Positions 48,126 to 58,365 of a DNA stretch of 64,000 bases are shown here, piece by piece. The stretch lies in contig JAURNF010000218.1 of assembly GCA_030830285.1 (NCBI GenBank), forward strand, positions 3,354 to 67,353, given 5' to 3'. Positions within the stretch are counted from its first letter, which is position 1. Every line of letters begins with the position of its first letter. This DNA comes from Candidatus Kapaibacterium sp. GTDB taxonomy: Bacteria > Bacteroidota > Ignavibacteria > Kapaibacteriales > Kapaibacteriaceae. A program made the translations under genes and the position numbers. The notes under the pieces were generated by a model that was not told the DNA's origin, made no database searches, and worked only from the letters and a program-made list of their open reading frames with translations.

Positions 48126-51023
48126 TCAGCGCGTTATCACAATTGGCCACGCACGAGTGCTGAACCCGTCTGGTAAACTGAGGTGGCTCATGGTGTACAC
48201 GTAATACACGCCAGCCGGTAGTCGACTCACGTTGAGTACCACAAGAATCTGTCCACCCGCAACGGTCTCGAACGTCACCTCATCCACACGACGCCCTTGT
48301 GCATCATATACTGCGAACGATGCTGGCGATGCCGTGATGCCACCTGACGGAATGTAAACGTAGTCAGTTGCGGGAACGGGGAACGGCGCACCGGCAAACA
48401 CGCTATCAGATGGATCAGGCTTGTCCCATGCGTTGTTCAACAACCCCGATACTCCAGCTACTGACGTGTCCATTGCGATCACGTGACGGAACATGCGTCG
48501 ATGACCAGGTGGGATGGCTTCGGTAAATCGCATCCCAACAACAGCCGCAATGTCGTTCACACCCGCATACGTAATCGGCGTTGAGCTAATGAGGAGTTGG
48601 CGCTTTCGTTCCTGTGAAAACCCGTTGTAGGTGGTTGTGTTATCCAAGCTGTTGAGGATCGGCACAGCATCCGAGGTGCTTGAATGCACCGTTAGAGCTA
48701 CGATCGGACTTTGCGCCTCCGTGCTGGCAACCCAACATCCGGAAGCATCGCTCCAGGTGGAGTTCTTCGCGGGTTGCGCTCCAAGATCCCAATCATAAAA
48801 CCATCCCATCGCGCAATCACGCAGCATCGTATCACTGCGATTGGTGAGCGTGGCATCAATGGTGATGATCGCAGCGGCTGTATCAAGTGCAACGTTGAGC
48901 TCGACCTCGACACCGATGCGAAGGCTATCTGGCGAATCAGCATCGGTGAGAACTGCACGGAGTGGGTATGGCGCAAGAAAGGGCTTGGTTGCGCTAAAGT
49001 GATCGTTGTGTCCGCGCATGGCGCGAGCACCATCAACCACTCGTCCGTTGGCTGTGATCATCAATGCCCCTTCGTACAACTGACCGCACCATTGACGGAA
49101 GGAGAACCCTTCACCTTGACCGCGCTCGAGATCGGTGTTTCCAATGCGCCCATGATCACCGATACTTACGCGCACATCATTGTTTGCAAGCGTCACGAAT
49201 GCTGGTGCTGGAGTAACTGGCACAATGATCCGGCGCACGACCTCTTCACCACCGCTGCGCTGTCCGTTGAGTTCAAGCACGACATACGCCACATCATCCG
49301 TTGCACGCGTTACACGCAGACGAACCTGCGGCAATGAGAGGCGTTGCTGCGGTGTGAGCTGCAATCCAACTGAAACCTCAGGAGTAAGCACCTGCACAGC
49401 ATCGGCGGATACACCGCCAACAGCAACAACACGCATGCGATTCAGCTGCCACTGTCCCATCACGTTGATCACCCACGGTGTAACATTCAACGTGTCACCA
49501 ACGCCCCAGCGTTGCGCGCCGCCGGCAGCGGCAAGGTGCACGGTATCATAGACAACCGAGACGATCGATGTTGGTTCGGCAGTAACAGCAAGCAACGCAT
49601 TCACACGCCCACGCGGAAGCAGCAATGAGTCGATCGTTGGCGGCACATAGGTCCATGGTGCTGGATCGACAGACTCTCGCACAATTGCACATGCTTCTAG
49701 TGGTGAGAGTTCGGGATGCTTCGATCGTACCAAACCAACAATAGCAGCAGCAATCGGGGCTGAACCGCTTGTGCAGCAGAATCCCATATACCCACCATCA
49801 TTGCCCGTAGTCCACGTGTCGTGTCCGGGTGCCATCACATCCACCGTCGGACCATGTCCAGACATCGCAATGACGTCGTCGCGAGAATTCACAACACCCA
49901 CACTCAACACACCACGATAGCTCGCAGGAAAGAATGGTGTTGGTGACGCATGATTGCCGGCGGCAGCAACTACTGCCGTGCCACGCGCAATTGTGTAGGC
50001 AATCACATCCGCGTCAATGCACGAGCGTGACTGACTTCCCCACGAACAATTGACGATATCAACATCGTTGACGGCACAATAAAGCAGCGATTCATACCCA
50101 TACACGATACCACGAATATTATCGGGCATCGTACGCAACGGAAACATCCGACATTGATTCGCGATGCCTGCAATGCCAAGAGCATTATTGACCGTTGCAC
50201 CCACAATTCCACCGACACCACTTCCATGACTGTCACTCGGATGCCATGTATTGCCTGGTGTTCCCATGCCGAGTTCAGCGCAGAAGTTGTAGCCACGATA
50301 GTCATCGACATAGCCGTTGTTGTCGTCGTCAACACCATTGTCGGGAATCTCACCTCGACGCACAGCGAGTGCATCAGTGAGATCCTCATGTGGCTGCATC
50401 AAGCCACTATCGCTGATCCCGATCACAACCGTATCCGATCCGTCTTCAACATCCCACGCTTCAAATACCTTGATCAGGTTGAGCATGGGCTGTCGATCGC
50501 GCTGTGGATCATTGGGCTCGCCCATAAGTTGTGCAACGCACCATGGTGCAGCACATTCGATCGGACCGCATCCTGTTTCAAGAAGCTGCACCATACGCTC
50601 GGGTGTAATCCGCACGTCGTCCCATGCCACTACATACGAACGTAGCAGACGTTCCTCGACGTCGAGCGCGTCGTTGAGCGAGGATGGACGCGGTTGGCGC
50701 TGTGTGGATGTGCTCCAACGTAGTGACTGCTCGCGCGGCAGCACAGCACGCTCGATCCGGAGTCCAAGCATGCCTAGCACAGCATCTGCATTCTGCGCTG
50801 CATCAGGCGTAAGACGCACCTTCGCACGTCCAGCAATCACAGGATCAGGTCGATGTGGCAACTCCGCCGGTAGTACAGTAAGCTGTGCGTGCAGCACCAC
50901 CGACGATGCTACGAGTAGCAGACCAACGGCTACGCGTCGTGCAAGCGTTCGGACATCAGCGAACGATCTGTAGCGTTGATGTTGCGGTTGACGTGGTCGA
51001 GCGAAGCGATACGACATACACAC
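48126..51023 (-). CDS. Subtilisin-like serine protease (S8) with T9SS CTD, paralog 1
   Basis: Catalytic triad context VVIGISDSGL (Asp), HGSGVGGIVGA (His), GTSGSAPIAAAIVGL (Ser). C-terminal CTD-like ~80 aa (PASFAVYDAQGRRV...AGVYYVYTM...). The 5' end overlaps the upstream paralog by ~68 bp, so the true start is uncertain. Confidence 0.85.
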   Translation of the reverse strand: MCMSYRFARPRQPQHQRYRSFADVRTLARRVAVGLLLVASSVVLHAQLTVLPAELPHRPDPVIAGRAKVRLTPDAAQNADAVLGMLGLRIERAVLPREQSLRWSTSTQRQPRPSSLNDALDVEERLLRSYVVAWDDVRITPERMVQLLETGCGPIECAAPWCVAQLMGEPNDPQRDRQPMLNLIKVFEAWDVEDGSDTVVIGISDSGLMQPHEDLTDALAVRRGEIPDNGVDDDNNGYVDDYRGYNFCAELGMGTPGNTWHPSDSHGSGVGGIVGATVNNALGIAGIANQCRMFPLRTMPDNIRGIVYGYESLLYCAVNDVDIVNCSWGSQSRSCIDADVIAYTIARGTAVVAAAGNHASPTPFFPASYRGVLSVGVVNSRDDVIAMSGHGPTVDVMAPGHDTWTTGNDGGYMGFCCTSGSAPIAAAIVGLVRSKHPELSPLEACAIVRESVDPAPWTYVPPTIDSLLLPRGRVNALLAVTAEPTSIVSVVYDTVHLAAAGGAQRWGVGDTLNVTPWVINVMGQWQLNRMRVVAVGGVSADAVQVLTPEVSVGLQLTPQQRLSLPQVRLRVTRATDDVAYVVLELNGQRSGGEEVVRRIIVPVTPAPAFVTLANNDVRVSIGDHGRIGNTDLERGQGEGFSFRQWCGQLYEGALMITANGRVVDGARAMRGHNDHFSATKPFLAPYPLRAVLTDADSPDSLRIGVEVELNVALDTAAAIITIDATLTNRSDTMLRDCAMGWFYDWDLGAQPAKNSTWSDASGCWVASTEAQSPIVALTVHSSTSDAVPILNSLDNTTTYNGFSQERKRQLLISSTPITYAGVNDIAAVVGMRFTEAIPPGHRRMFRHVIAMDTSVAGVSGLLNNAWDKPDPSDSVFAGAPFPVPATDYVYIPSGGITASPASFAVYDAQGRRVDEVTFETVAGGQILVVLNVSRLPAGVYYVYTMSHLSLPDGFSTRAWPIVITR

Positions 51024-53835
51024 CCGATGGAAGATTCGAAGTAGAAATCACCATGGTCGACTGATCATCTCCACGATGATACGACACCTTACGGCCTGTT
51101 GCATCGAGGATTGTTACTGCTGACAATGGTTGTGGGGACGACACAACAACGACATCGCGAGCAGGGTTTGGCTGAAGCTGAACGGCTACTTCTGAACGTT
51201 GATCCTGCACGGAGACAGCTGTCGGCAACACATCACGCATGCGCGACGCTGCTTCCGATGCCGACGCACCCAGTGTAATCACGACGGTGTACTCATACGT
51301 TGCTCCGTCTGCCATGGGACCCGTATAGCTCATACCTATCACACTGCTGAGATCGCTCTTGTTGGTTGTTTGAATCGTTGTCCCACTCGACAGCATGCGT
51401 AGTCGATCAGCAATCGACAATCCATCCGGATCGTTGATCACCGATGCGAACGGGAACGCAGCGGATTGCGCAACACCACCTGGTGTTTGCGACACAACCG
51501 CATGACAGATCGCAACGTCGAATCCTTCACGCGTGAAGATCTCGGCAGCAGCGGCCAACCCCGTCAACGCCTGTGGTATCGCCTCTGGTGCCAATCGCGC
51601 ACCATTATTCACAGCGTCGCTACCAATATCCCAGTCAAGGAAGTACCCCGAACCAACATCGTTTCGAACCTGTCCCGATGTGTTGGTGAGTTTCACCTTC
51701 AGCACCACTACTGGCAACTGCGGATCAGGGAAACGCACCGTTTGCTGAACATCAATGCCAATTGGTGAAGTCGCATTCGGATCATTCATCACACCGACAT
51801 TCGCCCGGGGCTCAACGAACGCCTTCGACGCTACAAAGTCAGAGCGGTATGGCTGTGTGTCTGCAAAGCCTGTGCTCGACCGTACACCACCCTCTGTGAG
51901 GAGCACACCACCTGGCGACATCAGCTGAAAGCCACGTGGCAACCAGCCAAATCCATCGCCTTGCTTTGTGTCTAATACCGAACTGTACCCTACTGCACCA
52001 TCATCACCCATCGATACTGCGACAACGCCATTGCTGAAGGTTGTCATCCCAGATGGTGGCTGCAAATACCAGAATGCTCGGTCTTGCTCGCCATCAGCCT
52101 CGATATCAAGTGCAAGAATACATGGCGACTCAAGCGTGAGTTGATCCAGATACAGCGTGAACGACATCTCGCGCTGCGCACCACTGCCAATAGGTCCAAG
52201 CTGGACGCTTTCGGTTGGGATACGAACACTCCAACCCATTGCATCGCTTACACGCAGACGTGCTGTGCCAGCCGTAATCGCACGTAGGTCATTTGCTACC
52301 GTCACTACCATCTGCACAGTATCCCCTGAGCGATACCGAGTTGTCACGCGTGACGTATTCGGATCGATGATGCGAACTGAGGCAATACGGCATGCGATCA
52401 AACTCATGGGGTCGGTCGTGAGCGCACGCTGCATATTCACCCGGCCCGGCAGGAAGTCGGCCACGTTGCTGTTCTTCGATGAGATATCGTCCGATGTGCG
52501 GCGCAGAACGCCAATCACTTGATCTGTTGTGAGCGCCGGGTACTTGCCACGCACGAGAGCTGCAACGCCCGCTGCAATTGGCGATGCGAAGGATGTTCCC
52601 TCGACGCTAAAGTTTGTGTAACCACCTCCAGCTTCGGTCGTGTATGCCTGCGAACCTGGCGCCATCACCTGGGCATTCCCGCCCAGACCCGATGATGCCT
52701 GCACGAAATCGTCGGCATCCGTCTCACCAACACCAAGCACACCAGTATAGCCGGAAGGATAATTCAAGAAGCGCCAACCATCTCCACTTCCACCTGTTCC
52801 ATGATTGCCGCCTGAAGCAACAACCAGCACATTATTCGCACGACAATAGTCGATCACAGATTGATCGATTGCTGAATACGGCTTTACGATTCCCCAGCTA
52901 GTGTTCACCACACTGAATTTGCGTTGGGCTGCGTAGATCAGCGACTGGTATCCGAAGATGATCGAGGAAGATCCGTTACGCGATACCTTCATCGGGAAGA
53001 TGCGCGAGCGATTTCCTACGCCTGTGATGCCAACGCCATTATTCGCAGTAGCACCGGCAAGCCCAGATACCTTCGTTCCGTGTCCGTCGGCAGCATTATT
53101 CGCTGTCTCACCAGGCAGCGTACCATCGGTGGCGCTTGCGAAGTTGTAGCCAAGAGCATCATCGACGTAGCCATTGCCGTCGTCATCGACCTCGTTACCC
53201 GGAATCTCTTGCCAGTTGCGGGCGATGTTGCCGCGCAGATCTTCGTGGTTTTGGCTCACGCCGTTATCGGAAATGCCAATCACGACCGATGTATCGCCGC
53301 TGAATGCTTCCCATCCGGCAAGTGCCGATATCGTCGCCAAGTAGCGCTGTTCCGATTGCATCGGATCATTTGGTGCAACACGACGCATTGCCTGCTGCTG
53401 CATCACATACCAAGGCTCGGCAATCTCGACATGTGCGCGTGCCTTCGTCGAGAGTTCACGAACAGCATCAAGCGGAGCAACACCGTTGAGCTGCACGACA
53501 AATGTGCGTGTGAGTTGCTCCTCACTCATCCACAGGAGCTTCGCTGTAGTGGCGAGTGGACGTGAAGCACGGGGCTGTGATGATGACGAAAAGTAGACCG
53601 AACGCTTGGCATCGAGAAGTGGCTCGACGATCGTGTACTGTGATGGTAGAAGTTGCTGCGCTTCCTCGAGCGAGCGCACCGCGTGCATCCGCACGTAGAT
53701 GTGCGAGGCACGAACATCGAATGTAGCCGTACCGATACGCACCGAGGTCACATCATCGGAGGCGTGCACGCCCCCTACTATGAGGAGCATCGTGCATAGA
53801 AGGTGGACAATTCGAGGGGTGAAGTGTTTGCCCAT
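50956..53835 (-). CDS. Subtilisin-like serine protease (S8) with T9SS CTD, paralog 2
   Basis: Triad context VVIGISDNGV, HGTKVSGLAGA, GTSFASPIAAGVAAL. Signal-like N-terminus. C-terminal CTD (QPNPARDVVVV...SGVYVVSLRS...LQIVR). Confidence 0.88.
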   Translation of the reverse strand: MGKHFTPRIVHLLCTMLLIVGGVHASDDVTSVRIGTATFDVRASHIYVRMHAVRSLEEAQQLLPSQYTIVEPLLDAKRSVYFSSSSQPRASRPLATTAKLLWMSEEQLTRTFVVQLNGVAPLDAVRELSTKARAHVEIAEPWYVMQQQAMRRVAPNDPMQSEQRYLATISALAGWEAFSGDTSVVIGISDNGVSQNHEDLRGNIARNWQEIPGNEVDDDGNGYVDDALGYNFASATDGTLPGETANNAADGHGTKVSGLAGATANNGVGITGVGNRSRIFPMKVSRNGSSSIIFGYQSLIYAAQRKFSVVNTSWGIVKPYSAIDQSVIDYCRANNVLVVASGGNHGTGGSGDGWRFLNYPSGYTGVLGVGETDADDFVQASSGLGGNAQVMAPGSQAYTTEAGGGYTNFSVEGTSFASPIAAGVAALVRGKYPALTTDQVIGVLRRTSDDISSKNSNVADFLPGRVNMQRALTTDPMSLIACRIASVRIIDPNTSRVTTRYRSGDTVQMVVTVANDLRAITAGTARLRVSDAMGWSVRIPTESVQLGPIGSGAQREMSFTLYLDQLTLESPCILALDIEADGEQDRAFWYLQPPSGMTTFSNGVVAVSMGDDGAVGYSSVLDTKQGDGFGWLPRGFQLMSPGGVLLTEGGVRSSTGFADTQPYRSDFVASKAFVEPRANVGVMNDPNATSPIGIDVQQTVRFPDPQLPVVVLKVKLTNTSGQVRNDVGSGYFLDWDIGSDAVNNGARLAPEAIPQALTGLAAAAEIFTREGFDVAICHAVVSQTPGGVAQSAAFPFASVINDPDGLSIADRLRMLSSGTTIQTTNKSDLSSVIGMSYTGPMADGATYEYTVVITLGASASEAASRMRDVLPTAVSVQDQRSEVAVQLQPNPARDVVVVSSPQPLSAVTILDATGRKVSYHRGDDQSTMVISTSNLPSGVYVVSLRSTTSTATSTLQIVR

Positions 53836-53879
53836 GGCAGAGGGTTTTCGCAGTTTGAGGTTTCGGATTACACAAGACT

Positions 53880-55568
53880 ATGTCAGAAGAACAACGTTAC
53901 ATCGTTACAGCTCGAAAATGGCGACCTCTTCGGTTTTCCGATGTGGTTGGTCAGGAGCATATTACGACGACGCTGAAGAATGCCATTGGGAAGGGGCGAA
54001 TCCATCATGCGTATGTGTTTACTGGGCCGCGTGGTGTGGGGAAGACCACGTGCGCACGCATTTTAGCTCGAGCGCTAAACTGCACCAACAGCACAGACCA
54101 TGAGCCATGCAATCAATGTCCCTCGTGCACAGATATGCTCGAGGGACGTAGCGTGGACATCATCGAGATCGACGGTGCGTCGAACAACTCGGTAGACGAT
54201 GTACGCAAGCTTCGCGATAACGCCAAGTACGCCCCGATGTCGGGTCGGTACAAGATGTACATCATCGACGAAGTACACATGCTCTCGACAGCCGCATTCA
54301 ATGCGCTGTTGAAGACGCTTGAGGAGCCGCCACCGCACCTGATCTTCGTGTTTGCGACGACTGAAATCCACAAGGTTCCGGCAACGATCCTGAGTCGCTG
54401 TCAGCGGTTTGATTTCCGCCGCATGGAGATCGAAACGATCACATCGCATCTGCGGCACATCGCAACGGCTGAAAAGATTTCCATCGACGACGCATCACTG
54501 GTAGCCATCGCGAAGAAGGCCGACGGATCGATGCGCGACTCGCAGTCGATTTTCGACCAAGTGGTGTCGTTCTGCGGAACGTCGATCACCATCAGCGACG
54601 TCAGCGCTGCACTGCATCTCATTGACGTTGACTTCTTCTTCGCCTTGAGCACGGCAGCACGAACACACGACATCCCAAAGATGTTTACGCTTGCTCGACA
54701 AGTGATCGATCGCGGATACGACTTACAAGAGTGCTTGATTGGATTGCTTGAGCACTTCCGCAACATTCTTACCGTGATCACCACACAAGGGACTGATCTC
54801 ATCGAGGCATCAGGCGAGCATCTTACTCGCTATCGCGACGAAGCTACGCTCTTCACGAAGGAAGACGCATTGCGAATCATGACGTTGCTGTCGCAGGGCG
54901 AGGCCGTGTTGCGACAGAATCCACCACAGCCACGCGTGCGCTTTGAGTTTACACTCGTGCAAGTGGCAGCCATGGATTCATCCGTTGATCTTGGGAAGGT
55001 CCTTGCCATGGTGAGCGCAGCGCCAGCGCAGCAGCGCGGTGCGTCGCCTTCAACACAGATTCCATCGACATCATCACAGCGCATTGTGGGTGGGGTAGCA
55101 GCGATTCCGCAGCCGATTCGCGTGGGAAATCCCGTTATCGTCCGTGCACAGAAGAATCCTGTCAGCTCTCTTACGTCGGGTAATCTTGCACGCCGTTGGA
55201 ACGAGGTACTCGAATCGCTCCCTGAACATCTCGTGTTTGTGAAGGCTTCGGTGAAACAGCAAATGCTCACCATCGACTTCACAGACGTAGGCCTTGTCCT
55301 ACGTCCCCACGCCGAGATCATTCATCACCGCCTTGTCGATAAGATCGCGGCGCTGAAGACGCACCTCGCGGAGATGTACAATGCGCCGGTGGGCGTGCAA
55401 CTCATAGCGCCTCGCGCAACTGAGCGAACAGCGCCAGCGCAGGCAAACGATGCAACTCCCGCGGTTGAAGCAGCGTTTACGTCTGCGCAGTCAGAAGATC
55501 TGCTGCCAATCGAGCATACGCTGATTGACTTGTTCAAGGCACGTAGGGCAACAGCGCCCGGGAAGTAA
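53880..55568 (+). CDS. dnaX: DNA polymerase III subunits gamma/tau
   Basis: ARKWRPLRFSDVVGQEHI, Walker A GPRGVGKTT, Zn module CNQCPSC, sensor motifs. Divergent from the protease gene with a 44-bp spacer. Confidence 0.95.
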   Translation: MSEEQRYIVTARKWRPLRFSDVVGQEHITTTLKNAIGKGRIHHAYVFTGPRGVGKTTCARILARALNCTNSTDHEPCNQCPSCTDMLEGRSVDIIEIDGASNNSVDDVRKLRDNAKYAPMSGRYKMYIIDEVHMLSTAAFNALLKTLEEPPPHLIFVFATTEIHKVPATILSRCQRFDFRRMEIETITSHLRHIATAEKISIDDASLVAIAKKADGSMRDSQSIFDQVVSFCGTSITISDVSAALHLIDVDFFFALSTAARTHDIPKMFTLARQVIDRGYDLQECLIGLLEHFRNILTVITTQGTDLIEASGEHLTRYRDEATLFTKEDALRIMTLLSQGEAVLRQNPPQPRVRFEFTLVQVAAMDSSVDLGKVLAMVSAAPAQQRGASPSTQIPSTSSQRIVGGVAAIPQPIRVGNPVIVRAQKNPVSSLTSGNLARRWNEVLESLPEHLVFVKASVKQQMLTIDFTDVGLVLRPHAEIIHHRLVDKIAALKTHLAEMYNAPVGVQLIAPRATERTAPAQANDATPAVEAAFTSAQSEDLLPIEHTLIDLFKARRATAPGK

Positions 55569-55572
55569 CATT

Positions 55573-56043
55573 ATGGCACTCGCAGAAGGAACGAAGGCAC
55601 CCGTGGTTTCAGGGGTGACGAACGGAAACGGTACGTTCTCAACGAAGGAATGCAAGGGAGCATGGACCGTTCTGTATTTCTATCCGAAGGATGCAACATC
55701 CGGTTGCACAGCGGAAGCATGTGACTTTCGTGACTCGATGAAGCGCCTCACGAAGCTTGATGTACGTGTCGTTGGTGTAAGCCCCGATGGTGTGGCTTCG
55801 CATGAGAAGTTCATTACGAAGTACGATCTCGACTTCCCTCTTGTAGCCGACGAAGACCACGCATTCTGCGAGGCATTCGATACGTGGAAGGAAAAGTCGA
55901 TGTACGGTCGCAAATACATGGGTGTTGAGCGGACTACGTACATCATCAATCCAAAGGGTGTCATCGTCAAGACCTACGAAAAGGTGAAGGTCCCTGGTCA
56001 CGTCGATGCCATCATCAAGGATCTAGCAGAGCTCACAGCGTGA
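55573..56043 (+). CDS. bcp: Thiol peroxidase Bcp/PrxQ (peroxiredoxin)
   Basis: Start refined to MALAEGTKAPV at 55573, 4 nt after the dnaX stop. Peroxidatic Cys motif FYPKDATSGCTAEACDFRD. Confidence 0.85.
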   Translation: MALAEGTKAPVVSGVTNGNGTFSTKECKGAWTVLYFYPKDATSGCTAEACDFRDSMKRLTKLDVRVVGVSPDGVASHEKFITKYDLDFPLVADEDHAFCEAFDTWKEKSMYGRKYMGVERTTYIINPKGVIVKTYEKVKVPGHVDAIIKDLAELTA

Positions 56044-57644
56044 TCGATACGCATGCACATATTGATGTAAAGGCATTCGACGAGGATCGCGAAGCGATGC
56101 TCGATCGCGCTCGTGCTGCCGGTGTTACGGCAATCATCGTACCCGACATCGAGCGCTCACGTCGTGCACACCTCAAGGAGGTTGTCGATGCGCACCCTGA
56201 TCTGTATCGTGGGATAGGCATTCATCCGCACCATGCTGGTGAGATGACGCAGCACGACCTTGATGAGATTGCAGCACAATGCACAGAGCCGAAGGTGGTA
56301 GCCATCGGTGAAATCGGACTCGACTACTACTACGACTTCTGTCCGCCCGACGTGCAGAAGTTGTACTTTCGTGAGCAAATCCGCATCGCGAAGGCACATA
56401 ACCTGCCGATTATTGTGCACAATCGCGAGTCGGATAGCGATGTGATGGAGATACTTCGAGAAGAGCAAGACGGTTCACTACGAGGCGTGCTGCATTGTTT
56501 TTCGAGTGATGTCGCGGTGCTTGACCAGGCCATGGATCTTGGACTTCACGTGTCATTCACGGGAAACATCACCTTTAAGAAGTCTACACTGAACGACGTT
56601 CTGCTACGTGTACCGCTCGATCGGGTAATGATTGAAACGGATGCACCGTACATGACGCCCGTCCCACATCGCGGTACACGAAACGAGCCATCTTACGTCC
56701 GCCTTGTCGCGGAGAAACTTGCGGAGATAAAAGGTATGCCACTGTCAGAGATCATTACCACAACAACTGCCACTGCACGACGCTTCTTTGGGCTTCTCGC
56801 TGCCGTTGTTCTCTGTACGCTTGCGACCACAGCCCAGCCAACACGTCCGAACGAGGATGATTACGAGAACGATATCGATCTCGAAATCGCGCTTGAGAAT
56901 TACGAGCTCGATTCGATTGGCTGGTCAAAGTATGTCAAGCCGCGCTCCCTTGGTATTGGCGTAACACTTGGTTCGAACACGGTGGTTGAGCAGCAGACCT
57001 ACCGTCAACGGTATTACCGCGCTATTCCAGGCACAACTTCAGCACAGCGCTGGGAGACATTTTCGCAGGATCAGGGTCCTTCGCGTTCGTTCTCGTATGA
57101 CGGTCTGGCGAGCTTCGGTGGTACGCTGATGTATCAGCTAACAACACGCATTGCAGTCGAAGGCACCTTCATCTACACGAAGAACGTCGGCGATCGCGCA
57201 CTCTATGGATTGGCTCCGATTGAGACTGGCATCATCGAGGGTACGATGCTCTACTCGCTCAATCCATACAACAAGGTCAACTTCGTACCACAGATCGGTG
57301 GCACAATTGCTCGGCAGTCCGACGGACGTAGCACGGTTGATCAAGTGGGCATGAATGTGGGTATGGGCATTGGGGTCAACATTCCAACATCGTTTGGGTT
57401 GTTCTACCCGATGGTGAACGTCCGATTCAACTTCATGTTTGGTACACAGCGCGAGGCAATCATCAACAGTTATCCTGTGATTGCCGGCGAAGACCAGACA
57501 TACATCACCGACGATCCAAACCGTCCAGGTGTGAAGCTGCACTACAACCCAACGAATCCTTCGCAAGTATCGGTCGACTTGGCCGACGTAACAACGATCT
57601 ACTCTATCCCACGACTGTCGATCATGTTCTTCCCGAAGTTCTAA
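56040..57644 (+). CDS. tatD: TatD-family metal-dependent hydrolase continuing in frame into a ~280-aa outer-membrane beta-barrel-like domain (534 aa, no stop at the TatD end)
   Basis: GTG start overlapping the bcp stop (GTGA). TatD motifs (IDTHAHID, GEIGLDYYY, IVHNRE, LHCFSS, IETDAPYMTP) and the canonical TatD C-terminus ...TARRFFGL at aa ~252. The ORF then continues LLAAVVLCTLATTAQP (hydrophobic, AxA-like) into a domain with alternating hydrophobic strands that ends ...SIMFFPKF (C-terminal Phe). An in-frame ATG at 56736 has GGAG 9 nt upstream. Confidence 0.7.
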   Translation: MIDTHAHIDVKAFDEDREAMLDRARAAGVTAIIVPDIERSRRAHLKEVVDAHPDLYRGIGIHPHHAGEMTQHDLDEIAAQCTEPKVVAIGEIGLDYYYDFCPPDVQKLYFREQIRIAKAHNLPIIVHNRESDSDVMEILREEQDGSLRGVLHCFSSDVAVLDQAMDLGLHVSFTGNITFKKSTLNDVLLRVPLDRVMIETDAPYMTPVPHRGTRNEPSYVRLVAEKLAEIKGMPLSEIITTTTATARRFFGLLAAVVLCTLATTAQPTRPNEDDYENDIDLEIALENYELDSIGWSKYVKPRSLGIGVTLGSNTVVEQQTYRQRYYRAIPGTTSAQRWETFSQDQGPSRSFSYDGLASFGGTLMYQLTTRIAVEGTFIYTKNVGDRALYGLAPIETGIIEGTMLYSLNPYNKVNFVPQIGGTIARQSDGRSTVDQVGMNVGMGIGVNIPTSFGLFYPMVNVRFNFMFGTQREAIINSYPVIAGEDQTYITDDPNRPGVKLHYNPTNPSQVSVDLADVTTIYSIPRLSIMFFPKF

Positions 57645-57648
57645 GTCC

Positions 57649-58269
57649 ATGGCTATCATCCTAAACGGTACAGCGCTTTCGACAGATCTGGCAACGATCC
57701 GTTCGAAGAACACACCAATCGACGTGTTCCGTGGTGCTGTAAACCGCATCGGGATGCACCTTGCCGTTGAGGCATCGAAGCACCTTCCTTCGCGTGACAT
57801 TGAGGTTACAACGCCGATTGAAACAACGACGTGCTCGGTGATTCGTGGCGGTGTTGTGGTAGTGCCGATCCTTCGTGCAGGACTGGGGCTGCTCGAGCCT
57901 TTTTTGTCGCTTTGCCCTGAAGCATCGGTTGGATTCATTGGACTAAAGCGTGACGAGTCTACGCTCGAGCCACACGAGTACTATCGCAATCTCCCGCCGT
58001 CGGACGAGGATACAACGTTCATCGTCATCGATCCAATGCTTGCCACGGGTGGTAGCATGTCGGCCACGATTTCGTTGCTCAAGCAGGTGCCGCACCATTG
58101 CATCATTGCGACCTGTCTGATCGCATCACCCGAGGGTGTTGCTAAGATCACAGAAGATCATCCCGACGTTCTGCTCGTGTGCGCGGCCTTGGACCGCCAG
58201 TTGAATGACCAGGGATACATCATGCCAGGCTTGGGCGATGCTGGCGACCGACTCTTTGGAACGATCTAA
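57649..58269 (+). CDS. upp: Uracil phosphoribosyltransferase
   Basis: PILRAGLGLLEPF, VGFIGLKRDESTLEPHEYY, PRPP-binding VIDPMLATGGS, C-terminal YIMPGLGDAGDRLFGT. Confidence 0.92.
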   Translation: MAIILNGTALSTDLATIRSKNTPIDVFRGAVNRIGMHLAVEASKHLPSRDIEVTTPIETTTCSVIRGGVVVVPILRAGLGLLEPFLSLCPEASVGFIGLKRDESTLEPHEYYRNLPPSDEDTTFIVIDPMLATGGSMSATISLLKQVPHHCIIATCLIASPEGVAKITEDHPDVLLVCAALDRQLNDQGYIMPGLGDAGDRLFGTI

Positions 58270-58365
58270 TTCCAAAACCTGACAAAAGTCAGGCTTTGTC
58301 ACATACGCTCCCCTGTAGTTTCGAACAGTTGATTGTTTCACCTGTTCCGCGATATGGAGGCCGTT

